Below, one piece after another: positions 40,010 through 50,298 of a DNA stretch of 64,000 nt. Source of the DNA: Alphaproteobacteria bacterium (GTDB taxonomy: Bacteria > Pseudomonadota > Alphaproteobacteria > UBA6615); the NCBI GenBank assembly GCA_965267185.1, contig OZ253937.1:327030-391029 (forward strand), read 5' to 3'. Position numbers and translations under genes: made by a program. Within the stretch, counting starts at the first letter, position 1. Each line of letters starts with the position of its first letter. The notes beneath the pieces are model-generated. The model had not been told where the DNA came from. It saw only the letters and a list, made by a program, of their open reading frames with translations, and did not search any database.

Positions 40010-41599
40010 CTACCCTAGCGCCGGTTCAGGGACGGGCGTCCACCATTTGTCGAGTTCCAAATCCTCGGCAATCACGTTGGCGGCGTTATAGCCGGCGGCG
40101 CCGCTGATCGAGCCGCCCACATGATTGCCTGACCCCGCCATGTAGACGCCTTCGACTGGCGTGCGGTAGTGGGATAGCTCCGGCGTCGGGCGGTTGTAGC
40201 CGACCTGGTCGAGCGTATACGCCCCGACATGGTGGCTGCCGCGGATCATGTTGATGCAGCTGCGCTCGGTATCGCGCGGGGTGAACAGAAACGTGCCGAG
40301 CACGTTGTCCGCATCCAGATTGGGCGCGTAGCTGCGCCACACTTCCAGCAATCGCTCGGTGAATTCGGGCTTCCGCGTATCCCAAGCCTCCGCGCCGCCG
40401 TCTTTCAGCTCATAGGGCACGAACGGCCACCAGAAAGCGCTGTGCTTGCCAGCGGGGGCGTAGGAGGGATCGACAAGCGAATTGCACGCGCCGTTGCCCA
40501 TGAGGAACGGCGGGAAATCGCCCCGGTTGGTGGCCTGGAAATTCTCCTCCAATTGCTGCTCGTCGGCGACCCCGAAGAAAATGTTGAAGGTGCGATTGAT
40601 GTCCGGGTCGAACGCCGCCGCGGCATATTCGGGCGGTTCGTTGAGCGCGAGGTGCAGCGTGCACAAAGCGTGCGGCGAGGCTTTGAAGTTGCGCACCTTT
40701 TCCGACAACTCCGCGTCAAAGGCGTCGTCGCCCAGCATGCGTAGGGTCTGCGGCGGATCGACCGTGCTGACGACGGCTTGCGTGGCCTCGATGGTGTCGC
40801 CGTTTTCGAGGCGGATGCCGGTGACCTTGCCGTTCTTGTGGCGGATCTCGGAGACATGATCGCCCTGGACGATTTCGCCGCCGAAAGACCGGAACCGCTC
40901 GGCAAGAATGTCGGCGAGACGCTCCGATCCTCCTCTCACCAGGGAGAAACGGTCCATCCGCGAGTGCACGCGCGGGAAGAACGCGCCCGTGCCGGGGTCG
41001 TTCTCCAGCGCGATGACATGGAACCAAAGCTTGAAGAGGGTGCGGACGTGGGCCTCTTCGAAATTTTGGTCCACGGCCTCGTACATCGTCATCTGGTTGT
41101 AGGATTTGATCTCCTCGCCCAGGTCGCCGTTGAGACGCGCCGCGATTTCGTCGGGCGGCAGGGGGCGGTTGAACATCGACGAGGTGATGTAGTCGCGCGT
41201 GCCCAGCGTGAATTTTTCGTAGACCTCCCAATACTTATCGCTGTCTTTTCGCGAGAACCGGGCGATCGAGGCCGCAGTCTTCTCCGGGTCGCGGTGGATA
41301 CAAATGGCCGTTCCGTCGGGGAAGGCGATCCCGTGCTGCACGTCGGGGTAGATCAGTTCAAGCCCGAGGCCGGGAAGATCCAGGTCGGCGTAGAAGGGCG
41401 TCAGCTCGAGGCCCATCATGAAGTTGGCGTGCAGATTGTGCTGGAAGCCCGGCAGGGTCGATTCCTCGGTCAAGAGCCCGCCGCCAACGCGGTCGTTTCG
41501 TTCGACCACCAGAACCTTCATGCCGGCCTTGGCCAAATAACTCCCGCAAATCAGCCCGTTATGGCCGCTGCCGATGATAATTGTATCGAACGTCTCCAC
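40010..41599 (-). CDS. FAD-dependent oxidoreductase, phytoene-dehydrogenase-like family
   Basis: IIGSGHNGL...YLAKAG..VLVVE, YRTPVEGVY.AGSG.H.GG.ISGA.G.NAA. Confidence 0.85.
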   Translation of the reverse strand: METFDTIIIGSGHNGLICGSYLAKAGMKVLVVERNDRVGGGLLTEESTLPGFQHNLHANFMMGLELTPFYADLDLPGLGLELIYPDVQHGIAFPDGTAICIHRDPEKTAASIARFSRKDSDKYWEVYEKFTLGTRDYITSSMFNRPLPPDEIAARLNGDLGEEIKSYNQMTMYEAVDQNFEEAHVRTLFKLWFHVIALENDPGTGAFFPRVHSRMDRFSLVRGGSERLADILAERFRSFGGEIVQGDHVSEIRHKNGKVTGIRLENGDTIEATQAVVSTVDPPQTLRMLGDDAFDAELSEKVRNFKASPHALCTLHLALNEPPEYAAAAFDPDINRTFNIFFGVADEQQLEENFQATNRGDFPPFLMGNGACNSLVDPSYAPAGKHSAFWWPFVPYELKDGGAEAWDTRKPEFTERLLEVWRSYAPNLDADNVLGTFLFTPRDTERSCINMIRGSHHVGAYTLDQVGYNRPTPELSHYRTPVEGVYMAGSGNHVGGSISGAAGYNAANVIAEDLELDKWWTPVPEPALG

Positions 41600-41838
41600 C
41601 GCTTTTCCTCCCCGTTAAGCCCGTTCCCCTTGGGTGGTGAAGTCTAACGGTCGCGGCGGCGGCGGGATAGTTCATGCGAAAGATTTAGTAATTTGCCGTA
41701 CGGCGTTGATTTTAGACGGATTTTAGTAGAAACCGGCGGCCAATAGGCGTATAGCCATGCCCGCGCGCGGGACGTAAGCCTATATTCAAGTTAGGATAGT
41801 AGAGCAGGGGGCCGGAAAGGCCCCGGAGGACTAAAGAT

Positions 41839-43236
41839 ATGTCTGCAGCCTGGCAGCTGGACAGTTGGCGCAGCCGCGAAATCCGGCAGGTGCCCGACTA
41901 CCAAGATACGGCTCATCTCGAACGGGTCGAGGAGACGCTGCGGGCGTCGCCGCCGCTGGTGTTTGCCGGCGAGGCGCGCACCCTGCGTAACCATTTGGCG
42001 CGGGTCGCTAACGGTGATGCGTTTCTCCTGCAGGGCGGCGATTGCGCCGAGAGCTTCGCCGAGTTCCGGGCGGACAATATTCGCGACACCTTCAAGGTGC
42101 TGCTGCAAATGGCCGTCGCGCTCACCTTCGGCGCGTCTTGCCCGATCGTCAAAGTGGGCCGCCTGGCCGGCCAGTTCGCCAAACCGCGCTCGGCGCCGAC
42201 CGAGACCATCGGCGATGTCGAGCTGCCGAGCTACCGCGGCGACATCATCAACGATATGGCCTTCACGCCGGAAGGGCGCGAGCCCGATCCGGAGCGCATG
42301 CTGCGCGCCTACAATCAGGCGGCCTCGACGCTGAACCTGTTGCGCGCCTTCGCCCAGGGCGGTTTCGCCGATCTGCACCAGCTGCACCGGTGGAACCTCG
42401 ACTTCGTCAAGGAAAGCCAGCAGGGCACGCGCTACGAAGAACTGGCGACCCGGATCGACGAGACGCTCGGGTTCATGGCCGCCTGTGGTTTGACGAGCGA
42501 GACAATCACCCAACTGCGCGAGACCGACTTCTACACCAGCCACGAGGCGCTGCTTCTGGTCTACGAGCAAGCGATGACCCGCCAGGACAGTTTGACCGGG
42601 CGGTGGTACGACACTTCGGCGCATATGCTGTGGATCGGCGACCGCACGCGGCAGCCGGATGGCGCCCATGTGGAGTTCCTGCGTGGCGTCGAGAACCCGA
42701 TCGGGCTCAAATGCGGACCGACGCTCGATCCTGACGAATTGATCCGCCTGATCGACATTCTCAATCCCGACAATGAGGCGGGGCGCCTCACGCTCATTTG
42801 CCGGGCGGGCGCCGACAAGGTGGGCGATCATCTGCCGACGCTGATCCGTGCCGTCGAGCGCGAGGGCCGCAGCGTCGTGTGGTCGTGCGACCCGATGCAC
42901 GGCAACACCGTCAAGGCGTCGAACGGCTACAAGACGCGGCCCTTCGACCAGATCCTCGGCGAGGTCGACGCCTTCTTCGATATCCACCGCGCGGAGGGAA
43001 CCCACGCGGGTGGCGTGCATTTCGAGATGACCGGCCAGGACGTCACCGAGTGTATCGGCGGCGCTCAGGAGATCACCGAAGAGGCGCTATCGGACCGCTA
43101 CCACACCCATTGCGATCCGCGCCTCAACGCCAACCAGTCACTCGAGCTGGCCTTCCAGATCGCCGAGCGCTTGAAGCGCAACCGCGATACCGATGCCGCC
43201 AACGGCACAGGTAAGGCAGCCGCCTCGGGCGCTTAA
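41839..43236 (+). CDS. Class II 3-deoxy-D-arabino-heptulosonate 7-phosphate synthase
   Basis: [49 protein letters not shown]. Confidence 0.95.
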   Translation: MSAAWQLDSWRSREIRQVPDYQDTAHLERVEETLRASPPLVFAGEARTLRNHLARVANGDAFLLQGGDCAESFAEFRADNIRDTFKVLLQMAVALTFGASCPIVKVGRLAGQFAKPRSAPTETIGDVELPSYRGDIINDMAFTPEGREPDPERMLRAYNQAASTLNLLRAFAQGGFADLHQLHRWNLDFVKESQQGTRYEELATRIDETLGFMAACGLTSETITQLRETDFYTSHEALLLVYEQAMTRQDSLTGRWYDTSAHMLWIGDRTRQPDGAHVEFLRGVENPIGLKCGPTLDPDELIRLIDILNPDNEAGRLTLICRAGADKVGDHLPTLIRAVEREGRSVVWSCDPMHGNTVKASNGYKTRPFDQILGEVDAFFDIHRAEGTHAGGVHFEMTGQDVTECIGGAQEITEEALSDRYHTHCDPRLNANQSLELAFQIAERLKRNRDTDAANGTGKAAASGA

Positions 43237-43356
43237 ATTCCGGCATCCCTGGATCGATACCCCCAACGGTCTTACTTCGCCCTCAGGTGCTAGCGAGTCG
43301 CGGGCTTAGCGCCTAACATTTACGAGGGTTTTACAAGGTTTTACGGGGGGTTCTTG

Positions 43357-45690
43357 ATGGGTGAGTTTTCAATCGGTCAATCGGTATTGCGGCGCGAGGA
43401 CCCGCGCCTGCTCCAGGGCCGCGGCCGCTATCTCGACGATCTGAACCTCGACCGCCAGCTTTGGGCGGTCGTGCTTCGTTCGCCGCATGCGCACGCCGAT
43501 ATACGCGGTATCGATACCGCGGCGGCATCGGCGGCGCCGGGCGTGCATGCCGTGCTGACCGGGGCGGATTACCGCGCTGACGGCATGGGGGTGGTGCCGT
43601 GCATGGGCGCTTACACCCACCGCGATGGCGGGCCTATGTACATCCCCGACCGGCCGGCGCTCGCCGTCGGGCGGGTGCGTCACATCGGCTATCCGGTCGC
43701 GCTTGTCATTGCCGATCATGAGGCGCAGGCGCGCGACGCGGCGGAGCTGATCGAAGTCGATTATGCGCCCTTGCCGGCGGTGACCTCGTGCTTCGAGGCG
43801 TTCCAGCCGGGCGCGCCGCAGCTCTATAACGATTGTCCGAATAACGAGTCCTATCTCTATGAAGCGGGCGACCGGGCCGCCACCGAGGCGGCGTTTGCCG
43901 ACGCCGACCATATTGTCGAGCAGCGGCTGGTGATCAACCGGGTGACGGCCAACGCGCTCGAACCACGCGGTGTCATCGGCGAATACGATCCCGGTAGCGA
44001 ACGCTTCACCCTGCATTGCGGGTTCCAGCGGCCCTGGCTGTTCCGCCGCTCACTCGCCGAACAGTCGTTCAAGGTGCCGGAGGCGAAAATCCGTCTCGTC
44101 ACCGGCGATATCGGCGGCAGCTACGGTTTGCGCGGGTCGATCTATCCCGAGATGGTGCTCATGCCGTGGGCGGCGAAGCGGGTGGGCCGGCCGGTCAAAT
44201 GGGTCGGCGACCGCAGCGAGAGCCACCTCAGCGACGACGACGGCCGCGACAACATCGTCGACGCCGCGCTTGCCTTCGACGCCGACGGCGCCTTCCGCGC
44301 GGTGAAGATCCGTAGCTGGGGCAATCTCGGCGCGTTTGTTTCCTACCGGGGCGCCGCCCCGCCCGCCGTTCATATCGGCTCGGCCGCCGGCGTCTACACC
44401 ACCCCGGTGGCGCATGCGGAAATCTCCGGCATGCTCACCAACACCCACTGCACGTCGCCCTATCGCGGCGCCGGCCGGCCCGAGGCCGCCTACATGATCG
44501 AGCGGTTAGTCGAGATGGCGGCCGACGAGCTGGGCATGGACCCGGCCGAGCTGCGGCGCAAGAACATCATTCCGCCCGAGGCCATGCCGTACAAAACGGC
44601 GCTGACCTACACCTACGATAGCGGCCGGTTCGAAGAGAATATGGACCGCGCCATGGGACTGGCCGACTGGGCGGGCTTTGCGGCGCGGCGCGACGAAGCG
44701 GCGGCGCGCGGCAAATTGCGCGGCATCGGCATGTCGAACACCATCGAGTTTGCCGCCGACAACACGTTGGAGACGGCGGAAATCCGTTTCGATCCCCAAG
44801 GCGATTTGACGTTCGTTGCCTCCTCAATCACCCACGGTCAGGGCCACGCGACGACGCAGACGCAGATCCTGGTCGATTTGCTCGGCGTCGATCCCGAGCG
44901 GGTCAATGTACTGCAGGGCGATACCGACCTGGCGGTCTTCGGCATGGGCACCGGCGGCTCGCGCACCACGACGATGACCAGCGCGGCGATGACGGTCGCC
45001 GCTGGCAAGATTATTGCCAAGGCCAAGCGGCTGGCGGCGCATCTGCTCGAAGCGGCAGAAGCCGATATCGACTTCGCCGATGGCCAGTTCGTCGTCGCCG
45101 GCACCGACCGTTCGGTGGAGATTCACGAGGTCGCCCAAGCGGCCTACAAGCTGCCCGACCTGCCGGGTGATTTCGAGCCCGGTCTGTTCGAAACCGGCAC
45201 CTGGAAGGCCGAGACCGGCAACTTCCCCAATGGCTGTCACATCTGCGAGGTCGAGATCGATCCCGATACCGGCGTCACCGAGATCGTCGGCTACTGGGTG
45301 GTCGACGATGTGGGCACGGTGATCAATCCGATGCTGGTCAAGGGCCAGCTCATGGGCGGCATCGCCCAGGGCATGGGACAGGTGCTGATGGAAGACAAGG
45401 CCTACGATCCGCAAACCGGCCAGCTCATCGCCGGCTCCTTCATGGACTACTGCATGCCGCGGGCCGACGATTTCTGCACCGTCGTATTCGAAGAGAACGA
45501 GGTGCCGACGCCGACTAACCCGCTCGGCGTCAAGGGCGCGGGCGAGGCGGGCACGGTGGGCTCGCTCTCGGCGGGGGTCAACGCCATCGTCGATGCGCTG
45601 TCGGTCTACGGCATCCGCCATATGGATACGCCGTGCACGCCGCTGAAAGTGTGGCAGGCGATCCGCGACGCGGAAACGGGGCAGGGGTAA
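43357..45690 (+). CDS. Second xanthine dehydrogenase-family molybdopterin-binding large subunit
   Basis: R.EDPRLLQG.G, RSPHAHA, PYRGAGR, GQ..GGIAQG.GQ.L, KGAGEAG; paralogue of 793-3129. Confidence 0.9.
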   Translation: MGEFSIGQSVLRREDPRLLQGRGRYLDDLNLDRQLWAVVLRSPHAHADIRGIDTAAASAAPGVHAVLTGADYRADGMGVVPCMGAYTHRDGGPMYIPDRPALAVGRVRHIGYPVALVIADHEAQARDAAELIEVDYAPLPAVTSCFEAFQPGAPQLYNDCPNNESYLYEAGDRAATEAAFADADHIVEQRLVINRVTANALEPRGVIGEYDPGSERFTLHCGFQRPWLFRRSLAEQSFKVPEAKIRLVTGDIGGSYGLRGSIYPEMVLMPWAAKRVGRPVKWVGDRSESHLSDDDGRDNIVDAALAFDADGAFRAVKIRSWGNLGAFVSYRGAAPPAVHIGSAAGVYTTPVAHAEISGMLTNTHCTSPYRGAGRPEAAYMIERLVEMAADELGMDPAELRRKNIIPPEAMPYKTALTYTYDSGRFEENMDRAMGLADWAGFAARRDEAAARGKLRGIGMSNTIEFAADNTLETAEIRFDPQGDLTFVASSITHGQGHATTQTQILVDLLGVDPERVNVLQGDTDLAVFGMGTGGSRTTTMTSAAMTVAAGKIIAKAKRLAAHLLEAAEADIDFADGQFVVAGTDRSVEIHEVAQAAYKLPDLPGDFEPGLFETGTWKAETGNFPNGCHICEVEIDPDTGVTEIVGYWVVDDVGTVINPMLVKGQLMGGIAQGMGQVLMEDKAYDPQTGQLIAGSFMDYCMPRADDFCTVVFEENEVPTPTNPLGVKGAGEAGTVGSLSAGVNAIVDALSVYGIRHMDTPCTPLKVWQAIRDAETGQG

Positions 45691-45773
45691 ATTACCTTAG
45701 CGGCGTTGCCGCCAGCGCGTGACAGTACCACATAGTCACGCGGCAAAGCGCGCACGCGGGAATGGATGACCAC

Positions 45774-46799
45774 ATGAAGAAAATCGGGTTCTTATCTTTT
45801 GGCCACTGGTCGCCCGGACGGGGCTCGCAGACCCAATCGGGGTCCGACGCGCTGCTCCAGTCGATCGACCTCGCCGTTGCGGCTGAGGAACTGGGGGCCG
45901 ACGGCGCCTTCTACCGGGTTCATCACTTCGCCCGCCAGCTCGCCTCGCCGTTTCCGCTGTTGGCGGCCGTCGGCGCGAAAACCAGCAAAATCGAAATCGG
46001 CACCGCCGTGATCGATATGCGCTATGAGAACCCCCTCTACATGGCCGAGGATGCCGGCGCGGCCGACCTCATCGCCGGCGGGCGGCTCCAGCTCGGCATC
46101 AGCCGCGGCTCGCCCGAGCAGGTGATCGATGGCTGGCGGTATTTCGGCTACCGGTCCGAAGACGACGACAGCGATGCCGCCGATATGGCGCGGCGGCATT
46201 CCGAGGTTTTTCTCAACGTGCTGCAAGGCGAGGGGTTCGCGGAGCCGAACCCGCATCCCATGTTTCCCAACCCGCCCGGCAAGCTGCGCGTCGAGCCCTA
46301 TTCGGAGGGCTTGCGCGAGCGCATTTGGTGGGGGGCGGCCTCGAACGCGACCTCCGTTTGGGCGGCCAAGCTGGGGATGTACCTGCAGAGCTCGACCCTA
46401 AAAACCGACGAGACCGGCGAGCCGTTCCATATTCAACAGGCCAAACAGATCCGGGCCTACCGCGATGCTTGGAAGGAGGCCGGCCATACGCGCGAGCCGC
46501 GCGTGTCGGTCAGCCGCAGCATCTTTGCCCTGGTCGATGACCGCGACCGCGCTTATTTCGGGCGGGAGAGCCAGAGCGAAGACCATATCGGCTTCATCGA
46601 TGCGAACACCCGCTCCATCTTCGGGCGCAGCTACGCCGCCGAGCCGGATATCCTCGTCGAGCAACTCGCCAAGGACGAGGCGATCGCCGAGGCCGACACG
46701 CTGCTGCTCACGGTGCCCAACCAGCTCGGCGTCGATTACAACGCCCACGTCATCGAAGCGATCCTAACCCATATCGCGCCTGCGCTCGGCTGGCGCTGA
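45774..46799 (+). CDS. Luciferase-like (LLM) flavin-dependent oxidoreductase
   Basis: MKKIGFLSFGHW, RVHHFARQ..SPFP, GTAVIDMRYENP.YMAEDAG. Confidence 0.88.
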   Translation: MKKIGFLSFGHWSPGRGSQTQSGSDALLQSIDLAVAAEELGADGAFYRVHHFARQLASPFPLLAAVGAKTSKIEIGTAVIDMRYENPLYMAEDAGAADLIAGGRLQLGISRGSPEQVIDGWRYFGYRSEDDDSDAADMARRHSEVFLNVLQGEGFAEPNPHPMFPNPPGKLRVEPYSEGLRERIWWGAASNATSVWAAKLGMYLQSSTLKTDETGEPFHIQQAKQIRAYRDAWKEAGHTREPRVSVSRSIFALVDDRDRAYFGRESQSEDHIGFIDANTRSIFGRSYAAEPDILVEQLAKDEAIAEADTLLLTVPNQLGVDYNAHVIEAILTHIAPALGWR

Positions 46800-46808
46800 C
46801 GGGCTTTC

Positions 46809-47747
46809 TTAAAGTGCGAAACTGTCGGTCGCGAAGCCGACCCGTCCCTGCGCTTCCTTGAGGCGGGCCGAGGGCGGGTCGGTGATACCCCAATGGTCGC
46901 TCCGGCCCGGCGGCCATCCCCAATCATCGGGCGCGCCGGTTGGATAGCTTTCGTCGACCTGTTCGACCTCGGCGGTGTATTCGATGGGGATGTCCTCGGT
47001 GCCGACGAAGTAGGCGAAGACGTTGTTGCCGGGTCCGTGCCGGCCAACCCCCCATTCGATCGGCCAGCCCTCGTCGCGGCATCTGCCGGCGCCGCGCATC
47101 ACCGACTCCAGATCCGGCATCTCGAAGGCGATGTGGTTGAGCGTCGCCCCGCCGCCGTTACCGATGGCAAGGTTGTGATGGTCGATAGGACCGGCAGCGG
47201 CGTCGCCGCAGCGCAGGAAATTGTGCATGCGGGTGCGGTCGCTCACGCGAAAGCCGAGTAGGTCTGTAAACAGTGAGACCGATTCTTCGGGGGCTTCGGC
47301 ATTGAGCACGACATGGGCCAGCTTGCGCGGCCGGTCCGGCGCATCGTCGGTGTCCGTGTGGGTTGCGATATCGGCGACGATGGCGAGGTTGCGGCCTTCG
47401 CCGTCGCGAAAGGCGAAACCGTAGCCGCCGCCCGGCCGGTCGAGATCCGCCGGAGCGGTTAGACCGGTGACGCCACGGACCGCGCTCTGCTCGGCAGCAC
47501 GTACATGGAGGGCATCGACGCCGGCGCGGTCGGCCGCCAGCAAATTGACCCGCAGAATTTCGGCGCGCGGCCGGTGGTGCAGTGCGAGGATGTGGTGGAA
47601 CGGCCCGGTGCCGCGCAGGTGGCAGGAGGCGTCATCGCGGGCGACAAGCGTCAGGCCCCATATATCGGTGAAAAACGCCGTGGCGGCGGCGAGGTCGGCG
47701 ACGCCGAGATCGACGCTATGGAGCGCTGTGACGCGCGGCTCACTCAT
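46809..47747 (-). CDS. VOC-superfamily protein (extradiol dioxygenase-like)
   Basis: Two VOC domains; L.HVVL, DHH.LA, LNHIAFE, EWG.GRHG.G.N.F.YF...IEY. Confidence 0.85.
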   Translation of the reverse strand: MSEPRVTALHSVDLGVADLAAATAFFTDIWGLTLVARDDASCHLRGTGPFHHILALHHRPRAEILRVNLLAADRAGVDALHVRAAEQSAVRGVTGLTAPADLDRPGGGYGFAFRDGEGRNLAIVADIATHTDTDDAPDRPRKLAHVVLNAEAPEESVSLFTDLLGFRVSDRTRMHNFLRCGDAAAGPIDHHNLAIGNGGGATLNHIAFEMPDLESVMRGAGRCRDEGWPIEWGVGRHGPGNNVFAYFVGTEDIPIEYTAEVEQVDESYPTGAPDDWGWPPGRSDHWGITDPPSARLKEAQGRVGFATDSFAL

Positions 47748-47902
47748 GACCGGCTCCTGAAGACTGCGTTGCGACGTAGGACAAATACATCGCATTTAGA
47801 TCGCATTGTCGATGATTCTACCTGAGATGGAGCGGTTTTAGCCCGGCATTAACGCTGCCGCGGTACCTTTCCGTACCAGGGGCCTTAGAAGGATTTTCGA
47901 CA

Positions 47903-48874
47903 ATGTTCGATCGAATGCGCCGAATTGCAGCGATCGCATCCGCCTGCTTGACGGTTGTCTTTGTGTCGCCTGCTAATGCGCAGGGTGCGGCAGACGCCGT
48001 TTCGCTCAACTTCGCCTGGCCGGAGGGTCTGCAAGCAAACGTCGAGTTCGAATCCTGGTCCAGGCGGTCGACCGACGGCCGCAACGAAGACGTCGGCGTG
48101 ACAGGCCAGTACGCCTTCACGACGTCGCGCGCCGGCCAAGACCTACTGATCGAGTTCGGCGATGTTCAAACGCAGGTCGATAGTCCGAGCACCGACATAC
48201 GCGCCATGATGACGAACTTTATCGCCAAGGCGGTCAGCGTGCCGCCGAGCTATGTGGTGGCCAATGACGGCAGCTTCCGCCGCCTGGAGGGCCTCGACCG
48301 GTTCCGCCGCAATATGCTGGACGGTCTCGACGATGCTTTTACCGAGTTTCCGCCCCAGATCCGCGATCAGGTTGTACGCGTCTTGGATAGCGTTCTCACT
48401 GATGAGCAACTCCAGGCCAGTATCGCTTCCGAGTGGAACCAGGCCGTCGGCGCTTGGTTGGGAGCGGACCTGGACCGCGGCGACCTCTATGAGCTCAGCT
48501 ATGAAGAGACCGTACCCGCTTTTAACAACGTGACGGTGCCCATGCGCTCGACATTCAAATTCGTGGAGCGCGTACCGTGCAACGGCGACAGCCCAGAGCG
48601 GCGCTGCGTGAAATTGGAGATGCGGTCGTTCGTCGATCCGGAGGGTTTGGCGGCGGCGATCGAGTCCTTCCTATCGCAGCTGCCCGCCGGTCAGGATCGC
48701 CCGCAAATCGAGGCGATGCGGCAAGAATCGGTGGTCCGTCTGGTCACCGAGCCCGATACCTTGATCCCCCACCTCATGGAATCGGCCAAGCACACGGAAA
48801 TGACCATGCTGCTGGACGGCCGCATCCAGGAATCCGAACGGCTCGAGCGCAACCGCTACGTCTACACCTATTAG
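47903..48874 (+). CDS. Exported hypothetical protein
   Basis: 323 aa; signal peptide (PANAQ); host-like codon usage. Confidence 0.7.
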   Translation: MFDRMRRIAAIASACLTVVFVSPANAQGAADAVSLNFAWPEGLQANVEFESWSRRSTDGRNEDVGVTGQYAFTTSRAGQDLLIEFGDVQTQVDSPSTDIRAMMTNFIAKAVSVPPSYVVANDGSFRRLEGLDRFRRNMLDGLDDAFTEFPPQIRDQVVRVLDSVLTDEQLQASIASEWNQAVGAWLGADLDRGDLYELSYEETVPAFNNVTVPMRSTFKFVERVPCNGDSPERRCVKLEMRSFVDPEGLAAAIESFLSQLPAGQDRPQIEAMRQESVVRLVTEPDTLIPHLMESAKHTEMTMLLDGRIQESERLERNRYVYTY

Positions 48875-48899
48875 CATAACCTTCGGTCCGCGTTTTGCG

Positions 48900-48976
48900 A
48901 GCGCCTATTCTGCCGGGGCGGGGCGGACCACTGCGCGGCGGCCGAGAGTGGTCTCGTTGCCCTGGTCGGGATCGTG
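48900..48976 (-). repeat. Orphan diverged copy of the MFS gene 3' end (HDPDQGNETTLGRRAVVRPAPAE*)
   Basis: 64/77 nt identical to 50294-50370, no indels, reading frame and stop conserved. Confidence 0.92.
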
Positions 48977-49015
48977 AGAGGTGGGGCTTGTCCACCTGCC
49001 TATGCGACGCCCCAT

Positions 49016-49136
49016 CGTCATGCTCGGGCTTGACCGGGGCATCCATGGTCGTGCTGGGTTCCAGTCCTTGTGCGTGTCTCAAGTGAAGACTGTGGGACAG
49101 AGGGATGGATACTCGCGTCGGAGGGCGAGTATGACG
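49016..49136. repeat. CGTC-tagged REP inverted doublet
   Basis: CGTCATGCTCGGGCTTGACCGGGGCATCCAT (49016-49046) and inverted ATGGATACTCGCGTCGGAGGGCGAGTATGACG (49105-49136). Confidence 0.8.
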
Positions 49137-49173
49137 GTTGGCAGTGCGGCGGGCGAGAGCGACCGGGGGCCCT

Positions 49174-50043
49174 TCACGCCGCAAACAGTTCCTCGATCGG
49201 CATTCGATCGGCATGCACTTTTGGTCGAGAAAGATAGAACTCGGCTAACAAATGGCCCTGATCTTCCATGTCGGTTGGATCGACACCGATCTCGCACAGT
49301 TGTTCGAGCACTTGGGCTTGCTCTTCCTGGGTCGCAAACTCACGCTGGACGAACGTGGTATCCTCGAGTTTCTCGGTCACATAACCCCACCGGTCCAATG
49401 TCTGTGCGATGACGTCGAACGGGAACATGCGCAACACGAAATTCGCCAACCAGGGTGATTTGCCTTGGGTTATAGCCGGCAATAAATTGTCGAAGGTTTT
49501 TTCCGTGACATAGCCGACGCAGCCTGTCGACATCACCAAATCGACAGAGGCGAGATCTTCCTTGACGGGTTCGGGCAGAAACTCCGTCTCGAGATCGATC
49601 GCGATGCCGTCATCGATAAGGCCCACCTCTTCGGCGAAACCGATTGCGTTCTCCGCTTGATCGAGACCTATCATTTCAATGTTTTCAGGTTCTTCGAGAT
49701 GGCCGAAAAAGCGCTGGTCATATTTGACGACTTCCCCAGGGGTTGCCGAAGCGAGCCGGTCCTGATTCCAATGCTGATAGAGCTCTGACAGTGAAAGATC
49801 ATGTTTGAGAAGGGCGGCATTGACCCCGTAGGAGCAGCCGATATCGAGGACGCAAAGCGGTTCCTGCCGGCAGCGGCGCAATGCTGAAATCAATCTCTTG
49901 AATACCGGCTTGGCCGCGCCTGGAATGCTGTAGTTAAGCTTCCTGAGTTCGCGAAAATAAGCCCTTGGATCCGGCTCATCGTAGATATAATCCATGTTGG
50001 CTTTGGCTTCGTTGATTGCATCGAAGTCGCCGTCGCCGGTCAT
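49174..50043 (-). CDS. Class I SAM-dependent methyltransferase-like protein
   Basis: VLDIGCSYG motif I, IGLDQAENAI, STGCVGY. Confidence 0.75.
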   Translation of the reverse strand: MTGDGDFDAINEAKANMDYIYDEPDPRAYFRELRKLNYSIPGAAKPVFKRLISALRRCRQEPLCVLDIGCSYGVNAALLKHDLSLSELYQHWNQDRLASATPGEVVKYDQRFFGHLEEPENIEMIGLDQAENAIGFAEEVGLIDDGIAIDLETEFLPEPVKEDLASVDLVMSTGCVGYVTEKTFDNLLPAITQGKSPWLANFVLRMFPFDVIAQTLDRWGYVTEKLEDTTFVQREFATQEEQAQVLEQLCEIGVDPTDMEDQGHLLAEFYLSRPKVHADRMPIEELFAA

Positions 50044-50298
50044 AAGTTCTCTCCATTACCTCGGGTTTGGTTATCATCCGCAACACGTTCCTCTCGGCGG
50101 CGGGACTCGAAAATCGAACCCACCACTCCACATGTATGCAGTGGTGGAGCACCAGGCGGTTGCTATGGATGATCGTATTTTACGATAGCCCGGAGAGTAA
50201 CAGAGCAGGACAGCAAATTGAACCGCTGGCCTTGCAACTATTTGGCGTTTGTCGGTTCCAATTGCGGCGATCAAACTCGAATGACGCTGCACAAGCGC

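Noticed and set aside
41647-41670. Possible orphan gor tail (ACG GTC GCG GCG GCG GCG GGA TAG vs CCG GTT GCT GAG GCG GCG GAG TAG) beyond the FAD oxidoreductase
   Set aside because: Only 18/24 identity in low-complexity GC-rich sequence; position fits the pattern but cannot be distinguished from chance.
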